Below, one piece after another: positions 39,526-50,000 of a stretch of DNA of 64,000 nucleotides. Below the pieces are notes generated by a model. That model was given only the letters and a program-made list of their open reading frames with translations. It ran no database searches and was not told the origin of the DNA. The translations under genes and the position numbers were made by a program. The stretch is from Macrostomum lignano. Lineage: Eukaryota. How positions within the stretch are numbered: the first letter of the stretch is position 1; each line of letters begins with the position of its first letter. Where the stretch lies: contig NIVC01002757.1 of the NCBI GenBank assembly GCA_002269645.1, positions 1 through 64,000 of the forward strand, written 5' to 3'.

Positions 39526-42500
39526 GCCTGTCTGCCTTTCTGCCTGTCTGTCTGCCTTTCTGTCTGTCTGCCTGTCTGTCTTTCTGTCTGTCTGCCTGTC
39601 TGTCTGCCTTTCTGTCTGTCTGCCTGTCTGTCTGCCTTTCTGTCTGTCTGCCTGTCTGTCTTTCTGTCTGTCTTTCTGTCTGTCTGCCTGTCTGTCTGAC
39701 TGTCTGTATCGGCCTTTTCTGTTTTAGTACCTTTTGTTTAAATGACTGTCTTTTTGTTTTGTGCCTGTCCATCCTAGTGTCTTTTCTATCTGACTTTTAT
39801 TCAACTTGTCTTAGTAGGCTCGTGCATGCTTGTTCCGGAAAAAAATGATTTATGATTTCGTTTTGCGCTCACTGTCGTCTTTTTATAGAATTTGTGTTTT
39901 ATTGTAATTTCTGCAGGTGGCAGAAATGAAATCTCATGTTTCATTCATAATTGTTAATTAAAATTACTAAATCTATTCGCATATAATTCTAGCTTCGAGA
40001 TGAGCTAGTTGCTGGGCAATCCAAGCTGGAAGCAAAGGAAACTGAGCTGACTGAACTGCGGCAGCAAATTGCAAACAAAAAAGCCGAAAATGCTCAGAAA
40101 ATTCATTCGGTGAGTGCTCTGTAGTCCCACCTCTGTACCACACAGCTATTCCCACCCCTGTACCACACAGCTAGTCCCACCTCTGTACCACACAGCTATT
40201 CCCACCCCTGTACAAACAGCTAGTCCCACCCCTGTACAAACAGCTAGTCCCATCCCTGTACAAACAGCTAGCCCCACCCCTGTACAAACAGCTAGTCCCA
40301 TCCCTGTACAAACAGCTAGTCCCATCCCTGTACAAACAGCTAGTCCCATCCCTGTACAAACAGCTAGTCCCACCCCTGTACAAACAGCTAGTCCCACCCC
40401 TGTACAAACAGCCAGTAAGCACGAGTGCACTGCTTTTCCTAAGCTCTAAGCTCTAATAGTCCATGCTTTGATCTCAACAGCTGGAGCAACAACTGGAGCT
40501 TAAATCAGTTGCATCTATTGAAAAAGATCAGTTACTGATTGATTTAAAGCAGCGCCTCTCCGTGAACAATACGGACTCTGAAGAAAGGATAACGTTGGTA
40601 AATATTTAAATCACAACTAAATTTGTCGACTAGTTCGCATTTCGTCTACTGTAAGTAAAACATACGAAAACTAAATTCTTAATTTCAGCTCCAAGAGCAA
40701 CTATCAGCGGATACAGATACTATTCAAGCCAAACAAAATCAGATTAATGAGCTGAAAGAGCAGTTAACTCGACATTCGAAAGAAACTAGCCAGCTCATCC
40801 AGGCTGTGAGTCTTATTATGTACATTTCGTAGCTTCAGCTTGTAGCTTGGGCAACTTAATTGCACGAGCAGAGCCAAGCTTTGGAAGACTCCGGGGGTTT
40901 GTAGCCTAGTGGTAAGAGCGTCGGACTGACGACCTGAAGGTCGGGGGTTCGATTCCCGATTCTACTTGGAACAGTTTGTGTCCTTGAGCAAGACGCTTAA
41001 CTCTGCATTGCTTCAGTTCACCCAGCTGTAAACTGGGTTGCCAGCATTAGCTGGGGATAATTGAGGGTGTGTGTGGCGACCCCCCCCCTCAATCTTAGAC
41101 TCAATAATTAAGACTCAACAACTCAAACTCACTCTTCATAGTCGGAGAACCGCGCAACCGCTGCCGAGGCAGAAGCTGAGATTGCGAGACGCAACGTAGC
41201 GGACTTGCAGGGCCGTTTAGAAGTGCTCAAACGCGACCTGGAGGATGAGAAGGACGCGTATAGGCGCAAATTAGAAGAGCGACGGCTTGAAAATCGGCGA
41301 AATCTTGAAGCGGCCGAGAATAGCAGGCTGGCCGAACGAGCCAAGGCCCAACGGGAGTTGGATGCCGAGATGGCTAAGGTGGCCAGCCTTCATTTGGATC
41401 TCGCTAAGCTCCAGGATAAAGTCGAGCAGCTCCAGTTGCCGCCGCCGCCACCGCCACCGCCGCAGCCGCAGCCGCCGCGTTTGTCGTCAAGAGCTTCGAC
41501 TTGCTCGACGGCATCCGCCACTGTAAAAGCGGGTACTAAACGGCAGCGGGTCAGGGTGAGTTCCCTTTGGTTTTTTTAATTAAAAAATAAAAAAAAATTG
41601 AATTTGGGGACTTTTAATTCTTGTTTCTTAGAAATGAGATTTATTGATCTGCTTTTCTTAGAAATTAGATTTATTGATCTGCGTTTCTAAGAAATGAGAT
41701 TTATTGATCTGCGTTTCTTAGAAACGAGATTCATCGATCTGCGTTTCTTAGAAATTATATTTATTGATCTGCGTTTCATAGAAACGATATTCATCGATCT
41801 GCGTTTCTTAGAAATTAGATTTATTGCTCTGCATTTCTTAGAAATGAGATTTTATTGATCTGTGTTTTCTTAGAAATGAAATTTATGAAACTCCGTTTCT
41901 TAGAAATTAAATTTATTGATCTGCGTTTCTTAGAAAGGAGATTTATTAATCTGTGTTTCTTAGAAATGAGATTTATTTATCTGCGTTTCTTAGATATGAG
42001 ATTTATTGATCTGCGTTTCTTAGGAATGAGATTTATAAATCTCTGTTTTTGAAATAGAATTAATTGATTTTCATTCTTAGAAAATGAACTTAACGGATGC
42101 GTGTTTCTTGGAAATTAGAATTTAATGACGTTTTTACGAATGAACTTTGGGATCTGTATTGATTAGATGTGCGATTTCTTTATCAGTATTTTATTCAGTA
42201 TTAAATAATTGTTAAGACCATGCTTGTGTTTCTTGTAAACAAATTGCATTTAATAAATATATTTTGTGTCTACGCTCGTAGAAAGACAACAGCTTTAATT
42301 TATTTATGACGGACAATCTGAAACTCTTTTTTTCCAGCCTTCTCGATTAACAAGAGATATGATTTTCTCCTCTGAGGAGGACGACAGCGCTGGGGAAATG
42401 GACTCGATGTCGGAGATGTCAACCCTGGGGGGCGCTTCGTCAGTTAGTAGTAGTCGACGCGTCGGCGGCGCCAGAACCCGCGCCGGGAAAAGTTCCAAAG

Positions 42501-43872
42501 CTGGCGCTTCGTCCGGCGCTAAACACGCCCGAAAATCCGTAGGGATCCGGAAGACGAGGACTGGAGGCGCGGGCGGCGGCGCTGGTCGATCCAGGAGGAC
42601 AAAACTGGATCCGGTGCTGACCACGCCGACAACTGGAGATACGGCTGGCAGCTCCGCGCGGCTGTTGCGCAGCCAAACTGCCGCCAGGACTGCGTATGAT
42701 GGGTTTTTGGTCTATTGGGTTGGTTTTAGTGCATGTGTCTTTTAACATTCTTTACGTTGGGTTCAGCTTTCTCCGGTTGGGGGTTCAGATTGCTCAGGTA
42801 GGGTTCAGATTTGTCAGGTAGGCTTCGGATTCATCAGGTAGGGTTTAGATTCCTTAGGTGGGGGGTTCAGATTCCTCAGGTGGGGGGTTCAGATTCCTCA
42901 GGTGGGGGGTTCAGATTCCTCAGGTGGGGGGTTCAGATTCCTCAGGTGAGGGGGGGGGGGTTCAGATCCTCAGGTGGGGGGTCCAGATTCCTCAGGTAGG
43001 GTTCAGATTACTTAGGTAAGGTTCAGATTCCTCAGGTGGGGGTCCAGATTCCTCAGGCGGGATTCAGATTCCTTAGGTAAGGTTCAGATTCCTCAGGTGG
43101 GGGTTCAGATTCCTCAGGTGGGGGGTTCAGATTCCTCAGGCGGGGGGTTCAGTTTCCTCAGGTGGGGGGTTCAGATTCCTCAGGTGGGGGGTTCAGATTC
43201 CTCAGGCGGGGGGTTCAGTTTCCTCAGGTGGGGGGGGGGTTCAGATTCCTCAGGTGGGGGGTTCAGATTCCTCAGGTGGGGGGGGGTTCAGATTCCTCAG
43301 GTGGGGGGTTCAGATTCCTCAGGTGGGGGGTTCAGATTCCTCAGGTGGGGGGTTCAGATTCCTCAGGTAGATTTCATATTCCTCAGGGGGGTCAGATATT
43401 TTATGTATGGTTCAGATTCCTCAGGGCTCACATTCCTCAGACGAGGCTAAGATTTTTCAGGTCTTCCAACTTCAACCTTCAGTAGCCTGCAGGTCGATTC
43501 AACCTATAAATCATATTATATCTATCTAACACCTCTCGCAGATCCTCTGTGCCCAGTTCTGCACTAACATCCCCGACGGAGCTGACGTCGGCGCCCCAGG
43601 CGTCGCAAGAGCGGCAGTCGGAGGCCGCAGCGGCGCCTCAGGTCCCGGCCACAGTTCCAAAGAGGCCAGTCGCTCGGCTTCTTTACGACGAGAGTGCCTA
43701 CAGGGACTCGTCGCTAATAGAACCTGTCGAGGGCGTCACGCCGCCGCCTCAGGTGCTGGTGTCCAGCACTTCCAGGCGGGGCACCGCTCGGCTGCCTTCG
43801 GGTGCTGCCGCTCTACTCGCGAGCAGCAGGGGCGGACGCGGCGGCAGAGGCGGCAGGAAAAAAAAGAATTAA
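9891..43872 (+). CDS. KIF20: Kinesin-6 family motor, KIF20A/KIF20B (MKLP2/MPP1/Subito)-like, with exon-amplified coiled-coil stalk
   Basis: Exons: 9891-9906 (MDQVK, tentative), 11597-12105, 12969-13192, 13938-14391, 15021-15767, 17309-17482, 18540-19133, 19611-19835, 19994-20110, 21095-21211, 21323-21406, [exon array 21625-38565], 39993-40109, 40481-40597, 40689-40805, 41142-41555, 42338-42693, 43542-43872 (TAA). All GT-AG with matching phases; total 7,674 nt. Motifs: KIYLRVRP, P-loop YGVTSAGKTHTIQG, long loop-6 insert, VWVSYAEIYNEVVYDLL, switch I NQQSSRSHS, switch II DLAGSE, INSSLLTL, VPFRESKLT, MIVNIS..DTLNVLRFSA (KIF20-type rather than KIF23-type). Basic C-terminal tail with RLLY and GRKKKN. 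Confidence 0.92.
11788..15360 (+). CDS. KIF20: Kinesin motor domain portion of the KIF20-like gene (exons 2-5)
   Basis: Conserved kinesin motifs in order across four exons joined in frame (phases 0, 2, 0). Confidence 0.95.
12264..12470. mobile_element. Small fold-back/MITE-like element in kinesin intron 2
   Basis: AAGACCGAAATTTCACAACGCCGAAAA at ~12264 and ~12330, partial copy at ~12391, and its reverse complement (TTTTCGGCGTTGTGAAATTTCGGTCTT) at ~12443-12470. Confidence 0.45.
13240..13870 (+). repeat. Degenerate intronic minisatellite (AAAATCTCCCATTTTCAGGG / ATCTTCTGAA)
   Basis: Repeated ~20-40 nt units in kinesin intron 3. Confidence 0.8.
14430..14915 (+). repeat. 22-nt intronic minisatellite GGGGAATTCAGATAGAGAGTCT
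   Basis: About 20 tandem copies in kinesin intron 4. Confidence 0.92.
15850..17135 (+). repeat. 24-nt intronic minisatellite GAAGG(C/A)TATTTAAGGGTGAGGCCT
   Basis: About 53 tandem copies in kinesin intron 5. The period is a multiple of 3, which explains the long spurious (RVRPEGYL)n ORF. Confidence 0.95.
17540..18450 (+). repeat. 23-nt intronic minisatellite TTTCAGAATCTGCCATTTTGTAG
   Basis: About 39 tandem copies in kinesin intron 6. Confidence 0.95.
19200..19545 (+). repeat. GA-rich low-complexity/minisatellite tract (GGAGATGGGAGAGGGAAGAGC)
   Basis: Purine-only degenerate repeat in kinesin intron 7. Confidence 0.85.
20170..21005 (+). repeat. 28-nt intronic minisatellite CAGATCCTCAGTTGCTGGGCCAGCCTCC
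   Basis: About 30 tandem copies in kinesin intron 9; the same family occurs inverted at 48447-49345. Confidence 0.95.
21625..38565 (+). repeat. Tandem exon array inside the kinesin: 20 x 135-nt exon A (VEKLRQSEAKLESISAESSAKDQQLLELQRRLDEAESEAENQLKQ) plus 3 x 87-nt exon B (LNQQLAQLQSQLAEKSRDSDKLSVELDE[M/T])
   Basis: Exon A starts: 21778, 22387, 23037, 23628, 24219, 25227, 26096, 27387, 27978, 28986, 29855, 31146, 31737, 32328, 33318, 34187, 35478, 36346, 37563, 38431. Each has a TTGAAG acceptor and CAG|GTGAGT donor, phase 0. Exon B: 21625-21711, 36193-36279, 38278-38364. Confidence 0.93.
21940..39245 (+). repeat. 18-20-nt G-rich minisatellite CAGATGGGAAACAGGGTGT following every exon A copy
   Basis: Starts ~25 nt after each exon-A donor. 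Variable copy number accounts for the different unit lengths. Source of the spurious (WETGCQMGNRVSDGKQGVR)n ORFs. Confidence 0.95.
39246..39705 (+). repeat. (TCTG)n microsatellite
   Basis: About 460 nt of TCTG with TTTC/CCTG variants at the end of the exon array. Confidence 0.97.
40120..40412 (+). repeat. 24-nt intronic minisatellite GCTAGTCCCACCCCTGTACAAACA
   Basis: About 12 copies right after the donor at 40110. Confidence 0.93.
40893..41085 (+). mobile_element. tRNA-derived SINE, 3'-truncated copy
   Basis: Pol III A box TAGCCTAGTGG, B box GGTTCGATTCC, then CORE-like GTGTCCTTGAGCAAGACGCTTAACTCTGCATTGCTTCAG..CACCCAGCTGTAAA. Highly similar to the copy at 52990. Confidence 0.85.
41625..42050 (+). 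repeat. 30-nt intronic minisatellite ATTTATTGATCTGCGTTTCTTAGAAATGAG
   Basis: About 14 tandem copies. Confidence 0.92.
42770..43445 (+). repeat. ~22-nt intronic minisatellite GGGGGGTTCAGATTCCTCAGGT
   Basis: About 30 copies with variable G-run length in the last kinesin intron. Confidence 0.92.
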
Positions 43873-44029
43873 CGAAATACATGTAATATCGGACTAAATG
43901 AAATTTGGATTTGATAACATGGTTTTGATAAATGAATGGAAGATTTGATACTTAATTGGGTCATACGATTTAATAACTAAATGAGGGGTTTGATAACTGG
44001 GTCAGGGATTTGATAACTGGGTCGGAGAT

Positions 44030-45050
44030 TTGATATCTGAGTCAGTGATTTTATTTCTGAGCCAGTGATTGATATCTGAGTCAGTGATTTGATATCTGTG
44101 CCAGTGATTTGATATTTGAGCCAGTGATTTGATATCTGAGCCAGTGATTTGATATCTGAGTCAGTGATTTGATATCTGTGCCAGTGATTTGATATCTGAG
44201 CCAGTGAGTTGATATCTGAGTCAGTGATTTTATAACTGTGTCAGGGGTTTAATATCTGAGTCAGTGATTTGATATCTGAGCCAGTGATTTGATATCTGAG
44301 CCAGTGATTTGATATCTGAGCCAGTGATTTGATATCTGAGTCAGTGATTTGATATCTGTGCCAGTGATTGATATCTGAGCCAGTGATTTGATATCTGAGC
44401 CAGTGATTTGATATCTGTGCCAGTGATTTGATATCTGAGCCAGTGATTTGATATCTGAGTCAGTGATTTGATATCTGTGCCAGTGATTTGATATCTGAGC
44501 CAGTGAGTTGATATCTGAGTCAGTGATTTTATAACTGTGTCAGGGGTTTAATATCTGAGTCAGTGATTTGATATCTGAGCCAGTGATTTGATATCTGAGT
44601 CAGTGATTTGATATCTGAGCCAGTGATTTGATATCTGAGCCAGTGATTTGATATCTGAGCCAGTGATTTGATATCTGTGCCAGTGATTTGATATCTGAGC
44701 CAGTGATTTGATATCTGTGCCAGTGATTTGATATCTGAGCCAGTGATTTGATATCTGAGCCAGTGATTTGATATCTGAGCCAGTGATTTGATATCTGAGC
44801 CAGTGATTTGATATCTGAGTCAGTGATTTGATATCTGAGCCAGTGATTTGATATCTGAGTCAGTGATTTGATATCTGAGCCAGTGATTTGATATCTGAGT
44901 CAGTGATTTGATATCTGAGCCAGTGATTTGATATCTGAGTCAGTGATTTGATATCTGAGCCAGTGATTTGATAACTGGGTCAGTGATTTTATAACTGTGT
45001 TAGGGGTTTGATATCTGTGTCAGTGGTTTGATTACTGTGTCAGGGATTTG
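44030..45050 (+). repeat. 20-nt minisatellite CAGTGATTTGATATCTGAGC downstream of the kinesin stop
   Basis: About 50 tandem copies. Confidence 0.95.
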
Positions 45051-45639
45051 ATAACTGGGTCTGGGCTCGTGTCTTGCAGACTTGAGACTGCCTTAGAAAC
45101 AGACTAGTAGAGATAAAATTAGCTTTCCAAGTCAGTCAAGCAGAACTCTATAGACAAAAACTTATTATTTAGTCTGTGGCATAACCTTCAGCTATGTACA
45201 TAGTCTGTCTTATCTAGACTGCAAGTACCATCTGTCTATGGCTAAGACGCAAATTTTGTTTGACGTGAATTTCGGTTAGTCGTGTACAAGAAATTTTACT
45301 CCAAACAAAACTCGACTGCATTTGATTAGGTTTTGTTATGCATTAAATTTATTAATTATTTTTGCTACCTATAAAATAAGTCAATTTAGCTTTTAAATCT
45401 TTAACATCCAATTGCATTTTTTTTGTTTTAAAACAACGTGTTCGAAAAATTAAATCTTTTGTTTTTTGTTTGTTATTTTCGGTTTAATTATTTTATTTCA
45501 CAATTCGACTGCCTTGCATATTGAATTTAGATATATTGGCTAGACGACTGAAAGAGATACACGTAAGAATGTGTGGGACATGTGCTCGATTGTTTCAGAT
45601 ATATGTTATCCTAGGGTGAAATATAGTGTAAACTAGGAT

Positions 45640-46420
45640 GAGATTAAGAGGTGAGACTAGCGTGAGATTGAGGTGAGACTAGGGTGAGTTAGGGGTTAGA
45701 CTTGGGTGAGATAGAGGTTAGACTAGGGTGAGATAGAGGCTAGACTAGAGTGACATTGAGTTGAGACTCAACTCAGTAGGGGTTAGACTAGGGTGAGATG
45801 GAGTTTTGACTAGGATGAGATGAGATAGAGGTTAGACTAGGGTGAGATAGAGGCTAGACTAGAGTGACATTGAGTTGAGACTCAACTCAGTAGGGGTTAG
45901 ACTAGGGTGAGATGGAGTTTTGACTAGGATGAGATGAGATAGAGGTTAGACTAGGGTGAGATAGAGGTTAGACTTGGGTGAGATAGAGGTTAGACTTGGG
46001 TGAGATAGAGGTTAGACTTGGGTGAGATAGAGGTTAAACTAGGGTGAGATAGAGGTTAGACTTGGGTGAGATAGAGGTTAGACTTGGGTGAGATAGAGGT
46101 TAGACTTGGGTGAGATAGAGGTTAAACTAGGGTGAGATAGAGGTTAGACTTGGGTGAGATAGAGGTTAGACTTGGGTGAGATAGAGGTTAGACTTGGTTG
46201 AGATAGAGGTTAGACTTGGATGAGATGAGTTTAGACTTTGGTGAGATAGTTAGACTAAGGTGAGATAGAGGTTAAACTAGGGTGAGATAGAGGTTAGACT
46301 ACGGTGAGATGAGTTTAGACTAGGGTGAGATAGAGGTTAGACTAGGGTGAGATGGAGATTAGACTAGGGTGAGATAGAGGGGAGAATGGAATGAGATAGT
46401 AGTTCGACTAGGGTGAGATG
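45640..46420 (+). repeat. 22-nt intergenic minisatellite CTAGGGTGAGATAGAGGTTAGA
   Basis: About 30 degenerate copies, including an internal ~102-nt duplication near 45715-45920. Confidence 0.9.
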
Positions 46421-47014
46421 GAGGTTGTTTTCACTTCTTATTAAGTATATGACTAGCAGTCTAATCACTAGAAGACATATTTTGCTTGCTCGATCGAGTA
46501 AAACTGCTGACCTAAAATTATAGGATTTTTCGATTCAGTAAAAAATCACTTTGGCACTGTCAATAAATTTTTTGTGAATCGGTTTGACTGACTTGCTATT
46601 TTGATTGTTGCATGCTGTAGTCAAAGCGAAGAATAAAACAACAGGTGAAATTCTGATTTTGATCGAATGCACCTCCCGACTTGGATATCAGAACATAAAA
46701 ATCAACCGAAAAATCTTGTCAACTAGAAATAAATAATTTATTGGCAAAGGCAGGTGTCTTTTAAACACTACTGATTGAAAATTGGGTTGATCAGTAGTAT
46801 AATCATAAATCATGATTTGAGCTATCTGCTTGGCTCAGCGTAAACAGTCGGGGGTTGCAGATTGCAAAATTTCTGTATAAATTTGTTGGCCCCAGGAATC
46901 CAGATTTGCCTCTTGAGTTGTGTTAGCAAAGTTGTCTTTGGATCAGTGTTTCACCTTGGCAACTTGGAATTTGGATAGCAACAAATACAGCTCTTCATTC
47001 CACACGAATTGAAG

Positions 47015-50000
47015 ATGGCTGCTGGACAAGTGCCGCTTCTAGCTGCTCTTGTTTGCCTTGCAGCTCTGAGTGGCCCCACGTTGGCTCATAGTGGTGAGTT
47101 TCTTATAATTGTTGGCGCTGAGCGGCATACGCTACAGGTTGATACAGGTATGGATACAGGTATTTCTTGATGGATTGGACATTGAGGTGGAATTATAACT
47201 GGTAGATCAGGGTAGACATTAAGAGGTAATTAAGATTGGCAGATCATGGTAGACATTTAGGGGTAATTAAATTGGTAGATTGGGGTAGACAATGAGGGGT
47301 AATTAAGATTGGTAGATTGTGGTAGACTTTGAGAGGTAATTAAATTGGCAGATCAGGGTAGATATTGAGAGGTAATTTTAATTGGCAGATCAGGGTAGAC
47401 ATTGAGAGGTAATTTTAATTGGCAGATCAGGTAGACATTGAGAGATAATTTTAATTGGTAGATCAGGGTAGGCATTGAGAGGTAATTTTAATTGGCAGAT
47501 AAGGATAGACATTGAGGGGTAATTAAATTGGTAGATTGGGGAGATTGGGGTAGACAATGAGGGGTAATTAAGATTGGTAGATTGTGGTAGACTGAGAGGT
47601 AATTTTAATTGGCAGATCAGGGTAGACATTAAGAGGTAATTTTAATTGGCAGATCAGGGTAGACATTCAGAGGTAATTTTAATTGGCAGATCAGGGTAGA
47701 CATTCGGAGGTAATTTTAATTGGCAGATCAGGGTAGACATTCAGAGGTAATTTTAATTGGCAGATCAGGGTAGACATTAAGAGGTAATTTTAATTGGCAG
47801 ATCAGGGTAGACATTCAGAGGTAATTTTAATTGGCAGATCAGGGTAGACATTGAGAGGTAATTTTAATTGGCGGATTAGGGTGGACATTGAGAGGTAATT
47901 AAACTTCGTATATTGTGGTATAGACATTCAGAGATAAGTATAACTGGTAGTTTAGGGTACACATTGTTGAGAGGTAATAATTGGTAGATTAGGGTAGAAA
48001 TTGAGGGTAATCATAACTGGTACATGTAGATTAGGGTAGACATTATGACAAAAATCATATCTCTACCCAGGTAGATGGAAGCAGGTGTAGATATGCTCAA
48101 ATCAAAGTCATTTGCTTTCCTTAAACTCTCGATATAGACTGTTACGCCAGCGTCGGCGGCGCCAGAGGCCATATTTATCAGTTCGACGGCGGCAGGGTGA
48201 CTGCCAACCCCGCCCTCGGAGGCTGCCTTAAACGGGATCTGCTGTTGACGAGATCCTTTGCCGACAAGGATGCTTCATCGCTGTGCGAGCTGGAGATTCT
48301 GGCCAGCTTCAAAGCTGTCGGCGGTCAGCGCAGCGGCCTGTCCCGGTTGAGTGCCGTCACCGTTAAAGTCGATGGAAAGGTCTATCGACTGCTGGCTGGG
48401 CGGAAACTCACCGTGAGTTTGGCTGTTGTTGATCACTGTTTGGTTTGGATCTGGGAGGCTGGCCCAGCAACTGAGGATCTGGGAGGCTGGCCCAGCAACT
48501 GAGGATCTGGGAGGCTGGCCCAGCAACTGAGGATCTGGGAGGCTGGCCCAGCAACTGAGGATCTGGGAGGCTGGCACAGCAACTGAGGATCTGGGAGGCT
48601 GGCCCAGCAACTGAGGATCTGGGAGGCTGGCCCAGCAACTGAGGATCTGGGAGGCTGGCCCAGCAACTGAGGATATGGGAGGCTGGTGGTCCTGCAACTG
48701 GGGATCTGGGAGGCTGGCCCAGCAACTGAGGATCTGGGAGCCCAGAAACTGAGGATCTGGGAGGCTGGCCCAGCAACTGAGGATCTGGGAGGCTGGTGGT
48801 CCTGCAACTGGGGATCTGGGAGGCTGGCCCAGCAACTGAGGATCTGGGAGGCTGGCCCAACAACTGGGGATCTGGGAGGCTGGCCCAGCAACTGAGGATC
48901 TGGGAGGCTGGCCCAGCAACTGGGGATCTGGGAGGCTGGCCCAGCAACTGAGGATCTGGGAGGCTGGCCCAGCAACTGGGGATCTGGGAGCCCAGCAACT
49001 GAGGATCTGGGAGGCTGGCCCAGCAACTGAGGATCTGGGAGGCTGGTGGTCCTGCAACTGGGGATCTGGGAGGCTGGCCCAGCAACTGAGGATCTGAGAG
49101 GCTGGCCCAGCAACTGAGGATCTGGGAGGCTGGCCCAGCAACTGAGGATCTGGGAGGCTGGTGGTCCTGCAACTGGGGATCTGGGAGGCTGGCCCAGCAA
49201 CTGAGGATCTGGGAGGCTGGCCCAGCGACTGAGGATCTGGGAGGCTGGCCCAGCGACTGAGGATCTGGGAGCCCAGCAGCTGAGGATCTGAGAGGCTGGC
49301 CCAGCAGCTGAGGATCTGAGAGGCTGGCCCAGCAACTGAGCATCTGGGAATTCCAAAAGCTTCCTGAACTCTAGAAATGTTATGCTAGATATTCACACCC
49401 ATCAGGGCCAACCCTCAAGGCGTAGAGAGTGTACATTCCTTACGATCAGAAACCGTGTACACCCCGTGGGAGCATGTGTAAGACTCTGGTTGCCCAAGGC
49501 CAAACCGATATTTCGCCCAACCATCGCAGGTGAACGGCCAGCTAAAATCGGTGCCCCACGGGCCGGACAAAGGTGTGAGGATTTTCTTCTCCGGCGAAGA
49601 CCTGGTGCTGGCGCACAAGCGCTGCAACTTCTGGGTCGGCTTCGACGGAGACTGGACCGCCACCTACTGGCTGAGCGGCAAGTACCGCGGCAAGCTGGAG
49701 GGTCTGGCCGGCGACTGCGACGGACACGGCAAGGACGAAGTCGGCAGCTGGCTGTCCGAGGCCGGCTGCCGTCCGGTCAAGCGGAAGCCTCGATGCCTGA
49801 GCTCGGCCGCCAAGCGGGAGGCTGTACACCGGTGCAGTCGGGTGATTAACGGCAAGGACGGCTGCTTCAATCGCGAAGTTCTGCGGCCGTGCATCGCGGA
49901 TGCCTGCTCGGCTGAGGGGGCTCTCAGAAAGAAGATTCTGTGCACCAGCTTCTACCTGCAATCGAGACGCTGCGCCAGGCACCACAAGCCGCTGTCTTGG

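Noticed and set aside
22536-39772. Many WETGCQMGNRVSDGKQGVR and (CLSV)n/(QTDR)n ORFs
   Set aside because: Products of the 19-nt minisatellite and (TCTG)n inside introns; all three frames are open.
39917-39937. Possible 21-nt kinesin micro-exon (VAEMKSH) after a CTGCAG acceptor
   Set aside because: In frame and phase 0, but the donor (GTTTCA) is poor, so it was left out of the model pending RNA evidence.
40893-40975. Genuine tRNA gene (also at 52990)
   Set aside because: A/B boxes are present, but the sequence runs straight into a shared SINE body and I could not close an acceptor stem.
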